From the NCBI GenBank assembly GCA_001600815.1, contig BCKZ01000020.1:212831-276830 (forward strand): a stretch of DNA of 64,000 nt. The letters run 5' to 3'. This DNA is from Alloascoidea hylecoeti (Eukaryota). Made by a program: the position numbers and the translations under genes. The notes beneath the pieces are model-generated. The model had not been told where the DNA came from. It was given only the letters and a program-made list of their open reading frames with translations, and searched no databases. Positions 1-12,634 of this stretch are shown here, piece by piece. Every line of letters starts with the position of its first letter. Positions within the stretch are counted from its first letter, which is position 1.

Positions 1-326
1 TTATTATTTTTCCCATATTCTTCTTCCTCAGCTCTTTTCCATTTCTCTTCAACTCTTGCTCTTCTTTCTTTTGCTTTATCTAAATTATATTTTGCTTTAT
101 CAAGTCTCGATGAAGCAAGACATTTATCTAAATCTGCTTTAATGTTATTACATCTCCCCATTGCTTTATTAACAAAACTAAGTTGATGACATTCTTCAAG
201 AGCTTTGATTAGATCTTCACAACCTATATTTTTAAAGAGGTTAGCTTTATGCTAGATCTCGGCTTTTGTAAAGTTGAACTGAAGCTACATACGTCTGTAT
301 TTGTAATCAGCTAATTGTGGATGCAT
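1..326 (-). CDS. CMC2: Twin CX9C mitochondrial COX assembly factor (Cmc2); exons 326-293 and 223-<1, intron 292-224; 3' end lies outside the window
   Basis: Not in the ORF track. Spliced translation is MHPQLADYKYRRCEDLIKALEECHQLSFVNKAMGRCNNIKADLDKCLASSRL...VEEKWKRAEEEEYGKNN, with twin CX9C and the MHPQL/EEEEYG signature of yeast Cmc2. Intron reads GTATGT...GCTAAC...TAG. Confidence 0.9.
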
Positions 327-1266
327 TGTAAATAGATAGACACAAAATAAATGGAGAAAGATTTTGCTGTGATTCGGTTGGTAATTGGTGTTAAACATCC
401 AAACATACAGATTCCACTTAGGTTCGGCCACGCTTATAGCTAAATATCGGCCCTTCCCGTAACTATTTTTTGGCTATAAATTTACCGGTATGACCCGTGA
501 AGGTGCAGGGATAAGGAAAAACTTCGGGTACCAAAGCAGGCCGATAATTAATAAATAGTATGGCCTAAAGTTAGTGGAATATGACTATTGTTGTTGAAGT
601 CCGGGTAATGAAATTGGAATCAAGTGTATGTGATACAATTGAGATCATTTCAACATGATAATGTTTATCCTCTTTGATGGCCCCACTCAAGCTGCAATTG
701 GGTATTCTGACAATAACAATTAGGTATGGTCATCAGATCTACATTTAAAAGGAAGGGCATCCCATACTTATATCGATGTGCTTCAAATCAAACATCTATG
801 AATTGGATCAGGAATTATGAGGTTACTCAGTAATAGTATAATATTCACACTAATTTAAACTTTCGAACAATTTTTATGGAAATTTCTTCACAAGCGCTTA
901 CAATCGTTTAAGATCGAATGAATAATTAAGACAAAACTTAAAATTAATCATTTTTTTGCTTCTTTTTTCTTATATTTTGATGTAATAAGAATTTTGGTAC
1001 AAAGGTTTCTCCTCGGTGCTTTATATTGAAATATCTATGAAGAAATTTTTAGATAGCGGACAACTAACATACATCAATAAGAAACGATCCTGGATAAAAT
1101 ATCCATGTTTGAAAAAATAATGTTAACCTAATTTTGATAATTATAGTAGGCAAATTTTATATGAATTCTTTATTCTTTTTTGCTTTCTCCATATCCAAAC
1201 GACCTTCGAAGACTAAAATAAGTAATTCAGTATTTGGTCTCTTAACAATTTGCAAAAATTGGGAAA

Positions 1267-2805
1267 ATGTCTATATCTGATTTGGAAAATGGAGACAAAA
1301 TTGAACAATATGAAATAGTGCTAGTTGCTACTGAATCAAATAAACAAGATGGATTCTTTAAAAAGCAGACAAAAAATGGAATCTTAGGATTTTTTCAAAA
1401 AATTGCCATTATAATGAAAGCTGAGATCCGTGGTATCGAACGTATTCCAGAAGAAGAGAAAGTCGATACTTCATTTTGGAACATAGCAACAATGTGGCTA
1501 TCAGCAAATATGGTAATCGCAACTTTTTCAATTGGTTCCTTATCAGTGGGAATTTGGGATCTAAATTTTTATGTAGCAGTATTAACAACAATCTTTTTTA
1601 CTCTATTGGGAATTTCTTCAGTTGCCTTTTTCTCAATATTTGGTGCAAAATCTGGTTTAAGACAAATGATTCTAACAAGATTTTTCATGGGTTGGTATGG
1701 TATGAAAATATTTTCACTTTTAAACTGTATCGCTTGTATTGGATGGACAACTGTTAATACCATCGTTGCAGCACAATTATTAAATATTATTGGAAATGGT
1801 TGTCCTCCGTGGCTCGGATGTTTGGTTATTTCTATCTTGACTCTTTTCGTTGCAATCTTCGGATATAAAATTATTCACTATTATGAACAGTGGTCATGGC
1901 TACCAAATTTTATTGTATTTTTGATAATTGCTGTTAGAATGGGAAAATCACATAATTTTGACGCTGGTGAATGGACTTCTGGAGCTAATACAGCTGCCAA
2001 TGTTCTATCATATGGAGGAGCAGTTTATGGATTTTCAACTGGTTGGACATCGTATGCTTCAGATTACACTGTATACATGAAAAAGGACACAAGCTCATAC
2101 AAAATTTTCCTTTCTATAATTCTAGGATTGGGCACCCCTTGCATTACTATCACGATTTTGGGCGCTGCATGCGCAACTGGTATCAGGAGAGATGCTAGTT
2201 GGGAAGAACTATACAATAAAAAATCAGTTGGAGGGCTCGTTTATGCTATTCTTGTTGAAAATTCACTTGGTGGATTTGGTCAATTCTGTATGGTTCTTCT
2301 TTCACTATCAACTGTTTCAAATAATATCCCAAATCTTTATTCACTTGGATTAGCCGCACAAGCTTTCTGGAGCCCCTTCAGCAAAATCCCAAGAGCTATC
2401 TGGTCACTTTTTGGTTGTGCAATTTCAGCTGTATTATCAATTGTAGGCTATTGGCATTTTAATTCTGTTCTGGAAAACCTTATGAATGTTATTGGTTATT
2501 GGTTAGCTATTTACACATCCACATCCCTATCAGAACATTTTATTTGGAGACGTAGTTTTAAAGGTTATAATTTTGATGATTATCAGGATCCTAAGAAGAT
2601 CCATATTGGTATTTCTGGTGTTATAGGGTTCTGTTGTGGCGTCGTTGGGGCTGTTATGGGGATGTCGCAGACATGGTATACTGGTTTAATTGGCAGAAAA
2701 ATCGGTAATCAAATTGGAGGAGATATTGGTTTCGAATTAGCTGCTTCATTCGCATTTTTGGGGTACAATATTTCAAGATTCTTTGAAGTTAAGATATCGC
2801 GCTGA
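1267..2805 (+). CDS. FCY2: Purine-cytosine permease (NCS1 family, Fcy2/Tpn1-like)
   Basis: 512 aa multi-TM protein with ExRGIER, WLSAN, GLRQM, YASDYTVY and NNIPNLYS motifs typical of the Fcy2 family; exact paralogue uncertain. Confidence 0.88.
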   Translation: MSISDLENGDKIEQYEIVLVATESNKQDGFFKKQTKNGILGFFQKIAIIMKAEIRGIERIPEEEKVDTSFWNIATMWLSANMVIATFSIGSLSVGIWDLNFYVAVLTTIFFTLLGISSVAFFSIFGAKSGLRQMILTRFFMGWYGMKIFSLLNCIACIGWTTVNTIVAAQLLNIIGNGCPPWLGCLVISILTLFVAIFGYKIIHYYEQWSWLPNFIVFLIIAVRMGKSHNFDAGEWTSGANTAANVLSYGGAVYGFSTGWTSYASDYTVYMKKDTSSYKIFLSIILGLGTPCITITILGAACATGIRRDASWEELYNKKSVGGLVYAILVENSLGGFGQFCMVLLSLSTVSNNIPNLYSLGLAAQAFWSPFSKIPRAIWSLFGCAISAVLSIVGYWHFNSVLENLMNVIGYWLAIYTSTSLSEHFIWRRSFKGYNFDDYQDPKKIHIGISGVIGFCCGVVGAVMGMSQTWYTGLIGRKIGNQIGGDIGFELAASFAFLGYNISRFFEVKISR

Positions 2806-3672
2806 GAGTTAAACATCATGTCTGGCTTATTTAAATTAGTCGTGTGTGTTTTATTAAATCTATGAAGATGGTCAAAATAATACTTCATCAAAAAAGAAGA
2901 GCTTTCTATTATGGATTTTGCAACTGGCAGTACTTTACTAGTTGTTAGTTATCCTCCAATAATTTACTTTTAAAGTATCTACATGTATATAAAATCAGGC
3001 CCTGCACGAAATATTTCAGTTTATTTATTTATTTATGATTAGAGTTTTTTCAGTTAAATTTTTGACCTTGTCCTGAATTAGTCGCTCTTCTTAGAATGGA
3101 TATTAGTTTTGAAGATAATTTCTACTAATAGTCCGAATAACTAGTTGTCGGATATAACGATCGTCAATTAACATAAAAAGTCACAGCCCGTAATCTAAAA
3201 CTGTACCTATAAATCCATCTCCTTATCACTATTCATTCAGTAGTGTGAAAACATGCTACTGTACTCTTTTTTTTTTTCTACTTGTGAATAGATTTATGGT
3301 GAGTTATACCAATCGTAATTGCGAAGCTTAATAATTAGTCATACCTAGATTTCTAATTCATCCTCGCTAATTGAAACGCTTAATTTTTTTTAGGTTTTTA
3401 GAAATTGATTGTGTCTTGATTTTTATTTCCCTTGTACCCACATGGCCAAGTACACTCTCTATAGGATCATGAAATTGGATTCGCGTAAAGATACCATTCT
3501 TTGGATGCTTAGCTTACAATATTAATATACCGTTGAATCTTTTTTACAAACATAGCTAATTATAAATAAATTTAATCTATAACCTTTCTTAAACATAGAA
3601 GAAAACTCAAAATAACTTTCAACAAAAGTTGAAACACAGATATAATTATATCTATTGCAGAATTAAAATAAA

Positions 3673-5199
3673 CTACTGATCATTTCTAATGCAACCAGTA
3701 ATATCAGTTAGTGCAGCTGGACATTCAATTTGAACAAAATCAACACTTGGATTATCAGCCCCATCAAACCAATCAAATCTCCAATTACATCCTGATTGAA
3801 GAGCACTTGGCAAAGCACTACATGAATCAGCCGAACTGACACCTCCATATTGCTCACCCCAAATACTACTACTATAACTGCTCCATTGAGAGTTACATCC
3901 TGAGTAAATACCTTGACCTCCTCCAGGAATTGCAAGATCAAATTGATTAGAGCTCAAGTCACTACCTGTGTTAGTAGCTTGAACAACCATTTGCTTTCCT
4001 GAAAGTTCCGTTGATGTAAAAGTAAGTAAATAACAAGAGCAACACATAGAATCATCACTACCACCACTCAAAGATACTGCTGCAAATCCATAAGCAAGAT
4101 CATCAGAAACCTTAAATGGTTGTTGATCGGTACACGTATACGCAGTACCACCAGTGCATCCACTTTGGACATCTACACCAAGAGTTGTAGTACCATCAGC
4201 TGCACAAGCGGCAACGGGAGAATCTACATCAGCTTTACCAGACCATGAACAAGATGGCTTACAACAATCCCAGTATCTGGTCGTTTTACCGGTTCCCGAT
4301 GAACCGCCAGAAATTTCTGTGAAAGAAGAAGAGGAGCTCGAAGATGAAGCAGCAGATGAAGATGCGGATGAAGCAGCAGATGAAGATGCGGATGAAGATG
4401 CAGATGCAGATGACAAAGCAACGGTAGAAGAGACAACAGACGAAGCCTCGGAAACTTCAACATCCACAGAAGATTCGACAGCAGAAGAGGATGGAACAAT
4501 AGTGGTAGAAAAGGACGATACAGCTGTTGATGTTGTATCTTGAGCAGAAGATATCACAAGGGATGTAGCTGATGCAACAGTTGGGGTGTCATAACTTGTA
4601 ATTGAATCATACCCTTGAGATGATGAACTAGTATCATTGGATGCTATAGTGTACGCTTCCTCAAAAGAAGAAGAAAACCCTAATGAAAAAGTCGTTTCAG
4701 CAGAATTTGAAGAACCAGTGGTATCAATACTGGAGACAGTAGTTTCAATACATTGATAGAAATAATCATTTTGTGATACGCAAGATCCAGTCTTGCAGAC
4801 AGTAGGACCATTCCAATTAGAACCACCACATTGTCCATATAAAGCAGCAGCCGATGCACTCGTAGTAGTCTGAAAACTAGAAAGAGCCAAGGAGCTGGTT
4901 GATATCTCTTTTATAGCGACTGAAATAGCTAATGTATCATTAGAGCTTGAAGAAGCACTAGATGGTGCTTGTGTAGGTTCAACACATTGATAGTAGTAGG
5001 GATTTTCGCTATGACAAGTTGCTGTTCCTTGACAGCAAGAAGCACCAGAAAAGTTAATACCACCACACTGATAATAAAGAGAATTGCAAGTAGCAGAAGC
5101 AATTGCTGAAGTTGTATTAGGGAATAGCTCTCCCGCGGTCAAGAGTGGTGAGATGAGCAACCCGTACGAAGTTAAAAGAGTGGATTGGGTCAGTTTCAT
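3673..5199 (-). CDS. Secreted GH45 endoglucanase with two N-terminal CBM1 cellulose-binding modules and a Ser/Thr linker
   Basis: Signal peptide; two CBM1 motifs ([17 protein letters not shown] and [20 protein letters not shown]); GH45 core [33 protein letters not shown] and CNWRFDWF with both catalytic Asp residues present. Confidence 0.95.
   Translation of the reverse strand: MKLTQSTLLTSYGLLISPLLTAGELFPNTTSAIASATCNSLYYQCGGINFSGASCCQGTATCHSENPYYYQCVEPTQAPSSASSSSNDTLAISVAIKEISTSSLALSSFQTTTSASAAALYGQCGGSNWNGPTVCKTGSCVSQNDYFYQCIETTVSSIDTTGSSNSAETTFSLGFSSSFEEAYTIASNDTSSSSQGYDSITSYDTPTVASATSLVISSAQDTTSTAVSSFSTTIVPSSSAVESSVDVEVSEASSVVSSTVALSSASASSSASSSAASSASSSAASSSSSSSSFTEISGGSSGTGKTTRYWDCCKPSCSWSGKADVDSPVAACAADGTTTLGVDVQSGCTGGTAYTCTDQQPFKVSDDLAYGFAAVSLSGGSDDSMCCSCYLLTFTSTELSGKQMVVQATNTGSDLSSNQFDLAIPGGGQGIYSGCNSQWSSYSSSIWGEQYGGVSSADSCSALPSALQSGCNWRFDWFDGADNPSVDFVQIECPAALTDITGCIRNDQ
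4340..4412. repeat. Coding tandem repeat (about 24-bp units) in the Ser/Ala linker of the GH45 gene
   Basis: gatgaagcagcagatgaagatgcg is repeated and encodes SASSSAAS on the minus strand. Confidence 0.75.
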
Positions 5200-7988
5200 T
5201 GATAGAGAATTGAAATTGTTCGATTCTAATAATGATTAGCTATTTGTATAGAACTCTAAAGAATTGAAAGTGTATCCAAAGCTAGATGCGGATTTCAATT
5301 CATTTTATATAATTTCAACAAATCTTATACATTTTGTTTCGGATTGAAGTTGGGGTGTACATTATTATAAGTTAATACAGAACAAGAGGAACATGTAACT
5401 TATATTTTTCAAATCAACAATATACAATAAAATGTTTTTCCTTTTAATCATATATACGACCTACTAAACGGCAAATTTGTTTTAAATCTTTTGCACGTAT
5501 ACATGCAGCTTATAATTAATATAAGGTACGATTTTTAGTTAAAGATTATGGTTACCAATTACATGCTAGCCATGGCTCATCTCATATAGATTAATTATAT
5601 AATATATGTATACAGGCATTCTAATTGTATTGTATAATTGTGGCTAGTCTGTTTTGTCTTCATTCCAATGTTAAACTTAAGTCGCATGTCATAATTGATA
5701 AGCTTTGAAATTGTTCTTCCACCCAATGGCCCATAAATATAATATAGTCCTATAATTTAATTAGGTCCATGAGACAATTATACGCACCTTCTTACTTAAA
5801 ACAATCTATACAGCTGCACCTATAGCGTTAATCTTATCAATTAATACAATAATATTTGATAGCTATACCGGTATAGTATTTCGAAACTTTTTTGCATAAT
5901 ACAAATAATACAAGATCATATAATATATCTTATTATAGGTAAACATTCACAGAAAGGCGGGAATGTTAATTTTTAGCTGATACAAGTTATACAACTGAAA
6001 TTACATCATCATCACACTACCCAGGAGTATAAGCTATAACTATAAGACTCAGTAATAGTCAGTAGTATAGTATGAGTAGAGAATATACATAATCTTCATA
6101 TATTATATTCATTAATATTTCTGATCATGATCACAATTTGTCATGCACCTTCTTTTGAAATTTATAGACTATAGCTATTTAAGCTAATTAGTATCATTAT
6201 ATCAGTAATATATACCGATATATATCGATCAATATATGATGAAATATACATACGTGGTACATGAATTAATGTTCATTTTCTTCATATAATTAACTTATAG
6301 ATATAGGTATAGCTAGTGATTATCTATGTAATATGTATCAAACTTCCAATATTGCAATGCTAGATAAGAAACGAATGGTTCAGATGAGCTCGTAAATCGT
6401 AATATCGATAAAAGTATTATATTTATTATATTTATATTTATTATCATCCATTCATATTCTCATGTAGCTATAAAAAGTATATTTTTTCATCTACATGTAC
6501 AAGACACCCAAGTTCATTAATAGTATCGGCTAACGTTACATATATAGCACCAGCAATAGATATAACAATTGCAACGGGATTGAATCAACTGATAACAATT
6601 AGGTATAGGTTAGTTGCTTGTAAGTTTCACAACCCCAAGCGTATGCAACTGGAATATAAAACATTTAAGCTTTTCATGCATTCGATAATATGAGATTTGT
6701 TTTACTGAATGAATCTCTTTTATATTGCAATAATTAACTATGGGGAATTTTTTATACGTGATAAATTGATAGTACACAATGTACACCGATAAAGCTTTAA
6801 TTTTATTATTGACCAATAGTAGCCTACATCTAAGACCAGTATAAGGGTGGCCATATTGCTAGAGTGGTTGGGAGTCTTGAGACCTTTTTATTTTCGGCAA
6901 GATTCCTCAGAGCGTTTTCATTAAGAGGCAATAAAGTGATAAAAATCATAGCAAGAAATCATCTCGAGCAGAATACAGCGATTAGCTAGATTGTTAGGGA
7001 TACCACCTCAGCTCTCATTATCGTATGAATGGTGGAGAATCTAGACCAGCAGCTAAAGAAGCGTTTCAAATTTCGACTAACATCACAGAGACTCAGCTAT
7101 ATAATGACCTACTTTATTATGCAAAAATGGGGGTGTAGGCCGACTGAGAAAGGCTTTATAACTATGTTTGAGTTATTGGCCTTTCCACAGTTTTTTGGAC
7201 TTGTCTTCCTTATAGGCATTTTTGTATGTAGCTATAGTATATATTAATAATTGTAATAATGACTAGAGTTTAGATCTAATTTAAAATTGAAATCACTATC
7301 TGTAGTTTTTTTTTGATAATTACTTACAAGACTAATCAATCGGGGGACAATTTTGGTGAGTATAATCACGATCCGTTATACGTTTACTATTTAATTGAAT
7401 AATGTTCACTTCTTTTAGTTAAGGAGCGAAAAGGTAGGGGAAAAGTTGGTAAACAAACTCTGTTGAACATCATCGATATCCAGTCTTAAAGTTGTCGTAA
7501 TCAAATACTTATAAGCAGTATGGGACCTTGTCAATTACAATAACTACTAGGGGGATTATTTAGTCATATCCGGAGATGTTATTTGCCACTAACTAGGTAG
7601 TATTTACAGTAATTTGCGGGTACAGTTAATTGATCATTTCAGTATTTGCGTTTGACACCTGAGATTCAAAATTGCTGTCGCCAAAATCAATTGATCTTAC
7701 ATGGTGGAATAATTTGGTAATTCGTAGATCATAGACACCAATTAGTTAGGAGAAATATCTCTGAATAGTTAGGCGAATCATTACTGGAAATAACTATAGA
7801 AACAAGTTCTTGAGAAGCTTAATTAACCTTTCATCTCACTTGCAATTGAGAGCTCGAGTGGTCACACACTATGACCGGGTAATGTCTCTATCGAAATTCC
7901 AATTCTGACTTCACCAGATAGTTACTACTTATAATTATTAACTAATTATCTTGTCATTTTAATCGGAAAGAATTTTGACAGCTCAGAG

Positions 7989-10900
7989 ATGTCGCTTTCA
8001 GTTCCGTCTTTCGCAAACCAGAGAAGGCTCTCTGTTAACAGGGTGTCGGAGAATGAGCAACACCAGATGATAGCATCTCTCGACAACTTAAATAGTATGA
8101 ATTATTTGATTTGATTTGATTAAATGGTTTAAATACCTTCATTATTCATATTCTAACCAAAGCTATTCCTTGATAGAATCACTTTCACGTCTCGAAAGAA
8201 GTTGGCCGGGACTAGCTAAAGATTCGGTAAATCCATTAGAAGTAGCACTTTCTTTATTGGACACGTCTTCGGTTGGAGATGCGAAAAGGATGCCCGAATT
8301 CAAACAGCTAAAACAAGAAGTTTCAGCTCAATTGCAAGCTGCTGTTCATGGTAAGTGTATTCCATAGTTACGTGATTTTACAAGGTTCTCTAAGGTTAAC
8401 AATTATCTAGAACATTATCAGGGGTTCAATAATAGTGTTGGTTCATATTCACAAGCTGTACAAGTTATTTCTAATTCCCAAGATGTTATCCGTGATATTA
8501 AAAAAAACCTTATAAAATCAAAAGAAGATTTTCGTTCTAAAAAACAAGCTCTTACTGGTTTTAAAGAAAGTTCTTTAAAATATTCACAAATGCTAGAGAT
8601 TTTAGATTCAGTCGATAAAGTTAAAAAGATACCTGATGAATTAGATTCTTTAATTCAAGAAAAGAATTTTCAAAAAGCTCAAAAACAATTATCCCAAGCT
8701 TTTGAAATTGCAGAGAAAAACAAATTGTGGAGTTTACCTGCTTTAAATTCAATCAAATTTCAATTACAAACTCAAGAATCAAATTTATTTGGTTTATTAG
8801 TTGAGGAATTACACAATCATCTATATTTCAAATCACCATATACCCAATATCGATGGTGTGCTGTTAGAAAGACAGGGTCTTCTAGTGGTTCTGGTGGCGA
8901 TAACGAAAAGTTCCAAGGATATCTTGTAAATAATGATACATCTAGTGGTTCAACTTCAGAAAATGAGTTTGAACGATTTTTAAAGAAGTTTCAAAAAGAA
9001 AATCTAACATCTGAGCAAATGTTACCTATCCCAGAAACAGATTCTTTTGCTTATATTCAAATGTTGTTGGAAACTATCAACAGTTTGAATAAATTACCAG
9101 CTGCATTGGAATCAATAAACAGAAGGTTACCGATGGAATTAAATAAATTGGTCAATAGATGCATAATCGAAATCAAACAACGTTATCCTAATGCAGTCAC
9201 ATCTGTTAGTGAAGTAACTAGAACATCAGCAACAACATTTGGTCCAACCGTTGGAAGCAAAACTTCAATTTTACTTCAAGATTTATTTTATACAACCTTA
9301 TCAAAATTGCTAGGTGCTTTTCAAGCATTTAGAGTTATTCTTGAAGTTGTAACTGCTATTTATCAAAAGTCAGGTTCAAAGAAGCAAAGCATGTTGAGAG
9401 AAATGTTTAACTCGGATTTTATTTATGTTTGGAAAAGTATAGAGAGTGAAGTAAGATCTTTACTTTATAGTTATATTACTGATTCGATTTCAACAACTGG
9501 CGGTGAGCTTGGGCATATTGACTCTAGAGGAAGATCAAATTCAACAATATCAAGGCATCGCAATAATAAACCGAAACCATTGTATAGTTTAGAAAAGGTT
9601 GAACTGTCAGAGGAGTTAGTCAAAAATGAAAATGAACAATTATTAGATTTATTTAAAAACTTATTTCCTGGTTTACCTGTATCTTCGGGAAATAATAAAA
9701 AAGGAGTATTTATCGGAGAACAAAATGAGACTAAACATGAAGTACTAGTAACGCCAGATCCCTTTAACATGCGTGTTCTTTGGCAAGGTATATCACAATT
9801 TGTTGAAAAATCAAAGTCTATATTCCCAGCCGGCTTACAGAAACAAAGAGATCATATTGAAGTTTTCATTGATCAATTCATGACAAATGTTTTTCAACCT
9901 CAGCTAGAAGATTCTTTATGGGATGTGTTTAATTCGTGTATTGACACATCGGATGCTTTTACTTTTGTTGAATTGCCTGGATCTGGATTACATGTATTCA
10001 AAAATACACAAAACTTTATGGAGATGATATCAAGAGTTTGCAAAGTGTTGAATACTGGTAGCAACTATCGTGAGATGTATACATCACTAATTGTCAAGCA
10101 TATTTCAAAATTCATTCAAAAATATAGTGATTATTATTCCGAGTGCTTAGGTGTAAATGACGGACCTAATAATAGCAATACAACAAGTCAAAATCAATTA
10201 ATCCGGTTATTAAATATTTCTGATTTAACAACGGTTTCCTCAAACTTAATTGGTTCTGCAAAGGAACAGGCTGGACATTTAGTTTCTGCCGAAATGGAAT
10301 TGTTACTTACAGACAGGGAAAAGGAATCAGCCAATTTACTTAATCCAGAGACAGGAGTTTCCAAAGGAGATATTTTAGATGCAAAAAGTTTCGAATCATT
10401 ATGTTATTTAGTATCTAGTGGGGATTGGGTCATCCAGAAGCTTAAAACGATGAAGAGAATCCATGAAGAAAAGAATGATCCCACAACCCCGGGCTCAGGT
10501 ACTGTGGACCAATTCGACATATTACGGAAAAAATGGTCTTTATTAGAATTGAGTAGATCGGCAAATATATCGCAGGGTACGTTAGAATATCTAACCCTTG
10601 CGGGTGATTCGTTGAAGGAATTCGAAGAAATTATTGCAGCATTTGAAAATTTAACTCACAGTGCTCTATTGGCATTACGTTACGATTTAGTAATTCGTGC
10701 CGCTTACTATATTAGTAGAGTGACAGCAGAAGGAAGATATAGCTTACCCACAGAGTCTGAAGAACGAGATGTACACATTTGCGAAATGGATTGGGATTTA
10801 ATATTGTGTAATGAAAAACTATCAAGCATACTCGGGTCGGAAAAGAAGTTTGCTGTTTTATTAGGTTTACCTGATTATGTTGATAAATTCTTGGTAATAG

Positions 10901-11064
10901 GAGCTGAAAATATTAAACAAATGAATGGAAATGGTGTTAAGAAGTTTATTTGTAATATTTTGATTTTAAGGCAAATGCTTAGAGCAATTATGTCGAGACC
11001 CGAAGATGTAGACTTTTCAAAATCTTTGGCGTTTTATGAACAATTGAAAAAAAATTTAAAATGA
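7989..11064 (+). CDS. SEC8: Exocyst subunit Sec8; exons 7989-8094, 8177-8350 and 8411-11064
   Basis: Splicing GTATGA..TCTAAC..TAG (8095-8176) and GTAAGT..GTTAAC..TAG (8351-8410) joins MSLSVPSFANQRRLSVN.., NPLEVALSLLDTSSVG and EHYQGFNNSVGSY in frame with the 824-aa ORF. These are conserved Sec8 N-terminal motifs. Confidence 0.92.
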
Positions 11065-12634
11065 CCGATTAAATAAGCTTTATTATTTTAATGGGTTAAT
11101 ACTAATTTCGTTATCTTGGCTGATACCATTAATATTCCCGGAGTGAATATTAAAGTAACTGACCATTTCATTTAATTATAATTTGAATTTATCTGTTATT
11201 TTTAACTCATCAACAATCAACCTCTTATATTTTGTGGAGTAATATGTTCATGTATTATAAATTAAGTTAAAGCCTAATTATAGTTAGGACATACAAGTGA
11301 CATCGTAAATTATAATATCAATTGCAATCCATTAAAAGCTCATTCGAATTTAATAGTGTATCTGGTTTCATCATATCAATATGTTTGTGTATGTAAAGGG
11401 TAAGGGAATGACGAGGTTTTCATTTTTTCGTTTAAAATATCCGCTATTAGAGACATATAGGCCTACATTATACTAATAGCGAATGCAGAGGGTTGATTTA
11501 ATGAAGGCCCATGATATATAGGCTACGTATACGCATAATATGAGTGTTCGCAGTCCTAATCTTATAGATATGAATAACCAATTGAAGCCTGTGGGTTTTT
11601 CCATAAATTATCGGAGCTTGTAATTAATTTGTTTTTGATGAATATTTTCATTTTATCAGCTGCGCTCAACGTTGGAGAATATTATAATTATACTGAACGT
11701 GAGCATGAGTTAGTTAACGTCCAACATTATTGTTCGCAGCAATTTCCTGATTTAGTGGGTGTCTTGAAAGAACAGATACAATAAGTTCCTTAAACGGCTA
11801 TGCAAACGATAATAACATGATCAGGTCTAAGTTATGGAAGATGATCATAAAATCTTATAAGGGTAAAACTCCGAATAGCAAGCAAATGTTTATAGGGTTC
11901 TGGATTTTTGGCAAATTTTCAACCTTCTTCAGTTTGTGCCAATATGTTTTCAAAATGTTGAAAAATCATTGTAACATTTCAAGTTTCTTATGGGGTATTT
12001 ATATAAGCTAATAAACGGGAAATATATCCTTGAAATTCCTGTATCTTCCCGGTCTATTCCGCAACCGTTTAAAATCCTCATGTCTTAAAAAATTAACATT
12101 ATGTGCAGGCAGTAAAATTAATAATGGCCTGGAGGCTCCTGATGTCGGTACCTACAGAATGGCCATATCATATTGTGGGGAATCCGGGGTTTGAAGTCAG
12201 CAATATGTCATCTGAGAAAGATGATAAAGAACTCTTAATATTATAATTATATTGTAGATCACGAATGTTAATAATTATATGGCTAAATACTAATAAAACT
12301 GATATTGGAAAAGGAGAGCTTAAAAGACGTTGTACGAACACCTTAACCGCATTTTTTATTACTTTATAAATTTAAAATCTTTATCAAATGAAAAATTCGC
12401 AAGTTTCAACTTGCGATTGGTTGAATAATTCAAGCATATGCCCGTTATGTAGTCTCTTTTTCCAGTGCATGTGGTCGAGCATATTATAAGTAAGATCCGC
12501 AACCCTTTTAAAGTAGATCGATATAAATAAATCATTCGGTTATGATTGATATCAAGTATATAGTGGGGTAATATATAAATATAGCTATCTGCCAAATATA
12601 AACCATTCTATATTAGTAAAGAAATTTAAACAAC

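Noticed and set aside
4154..4543. Acidic 129-aa plus-strand ORF
   Set aside because: Antisense shadow of the Ser-rich GH45 linker; starts at GTG.
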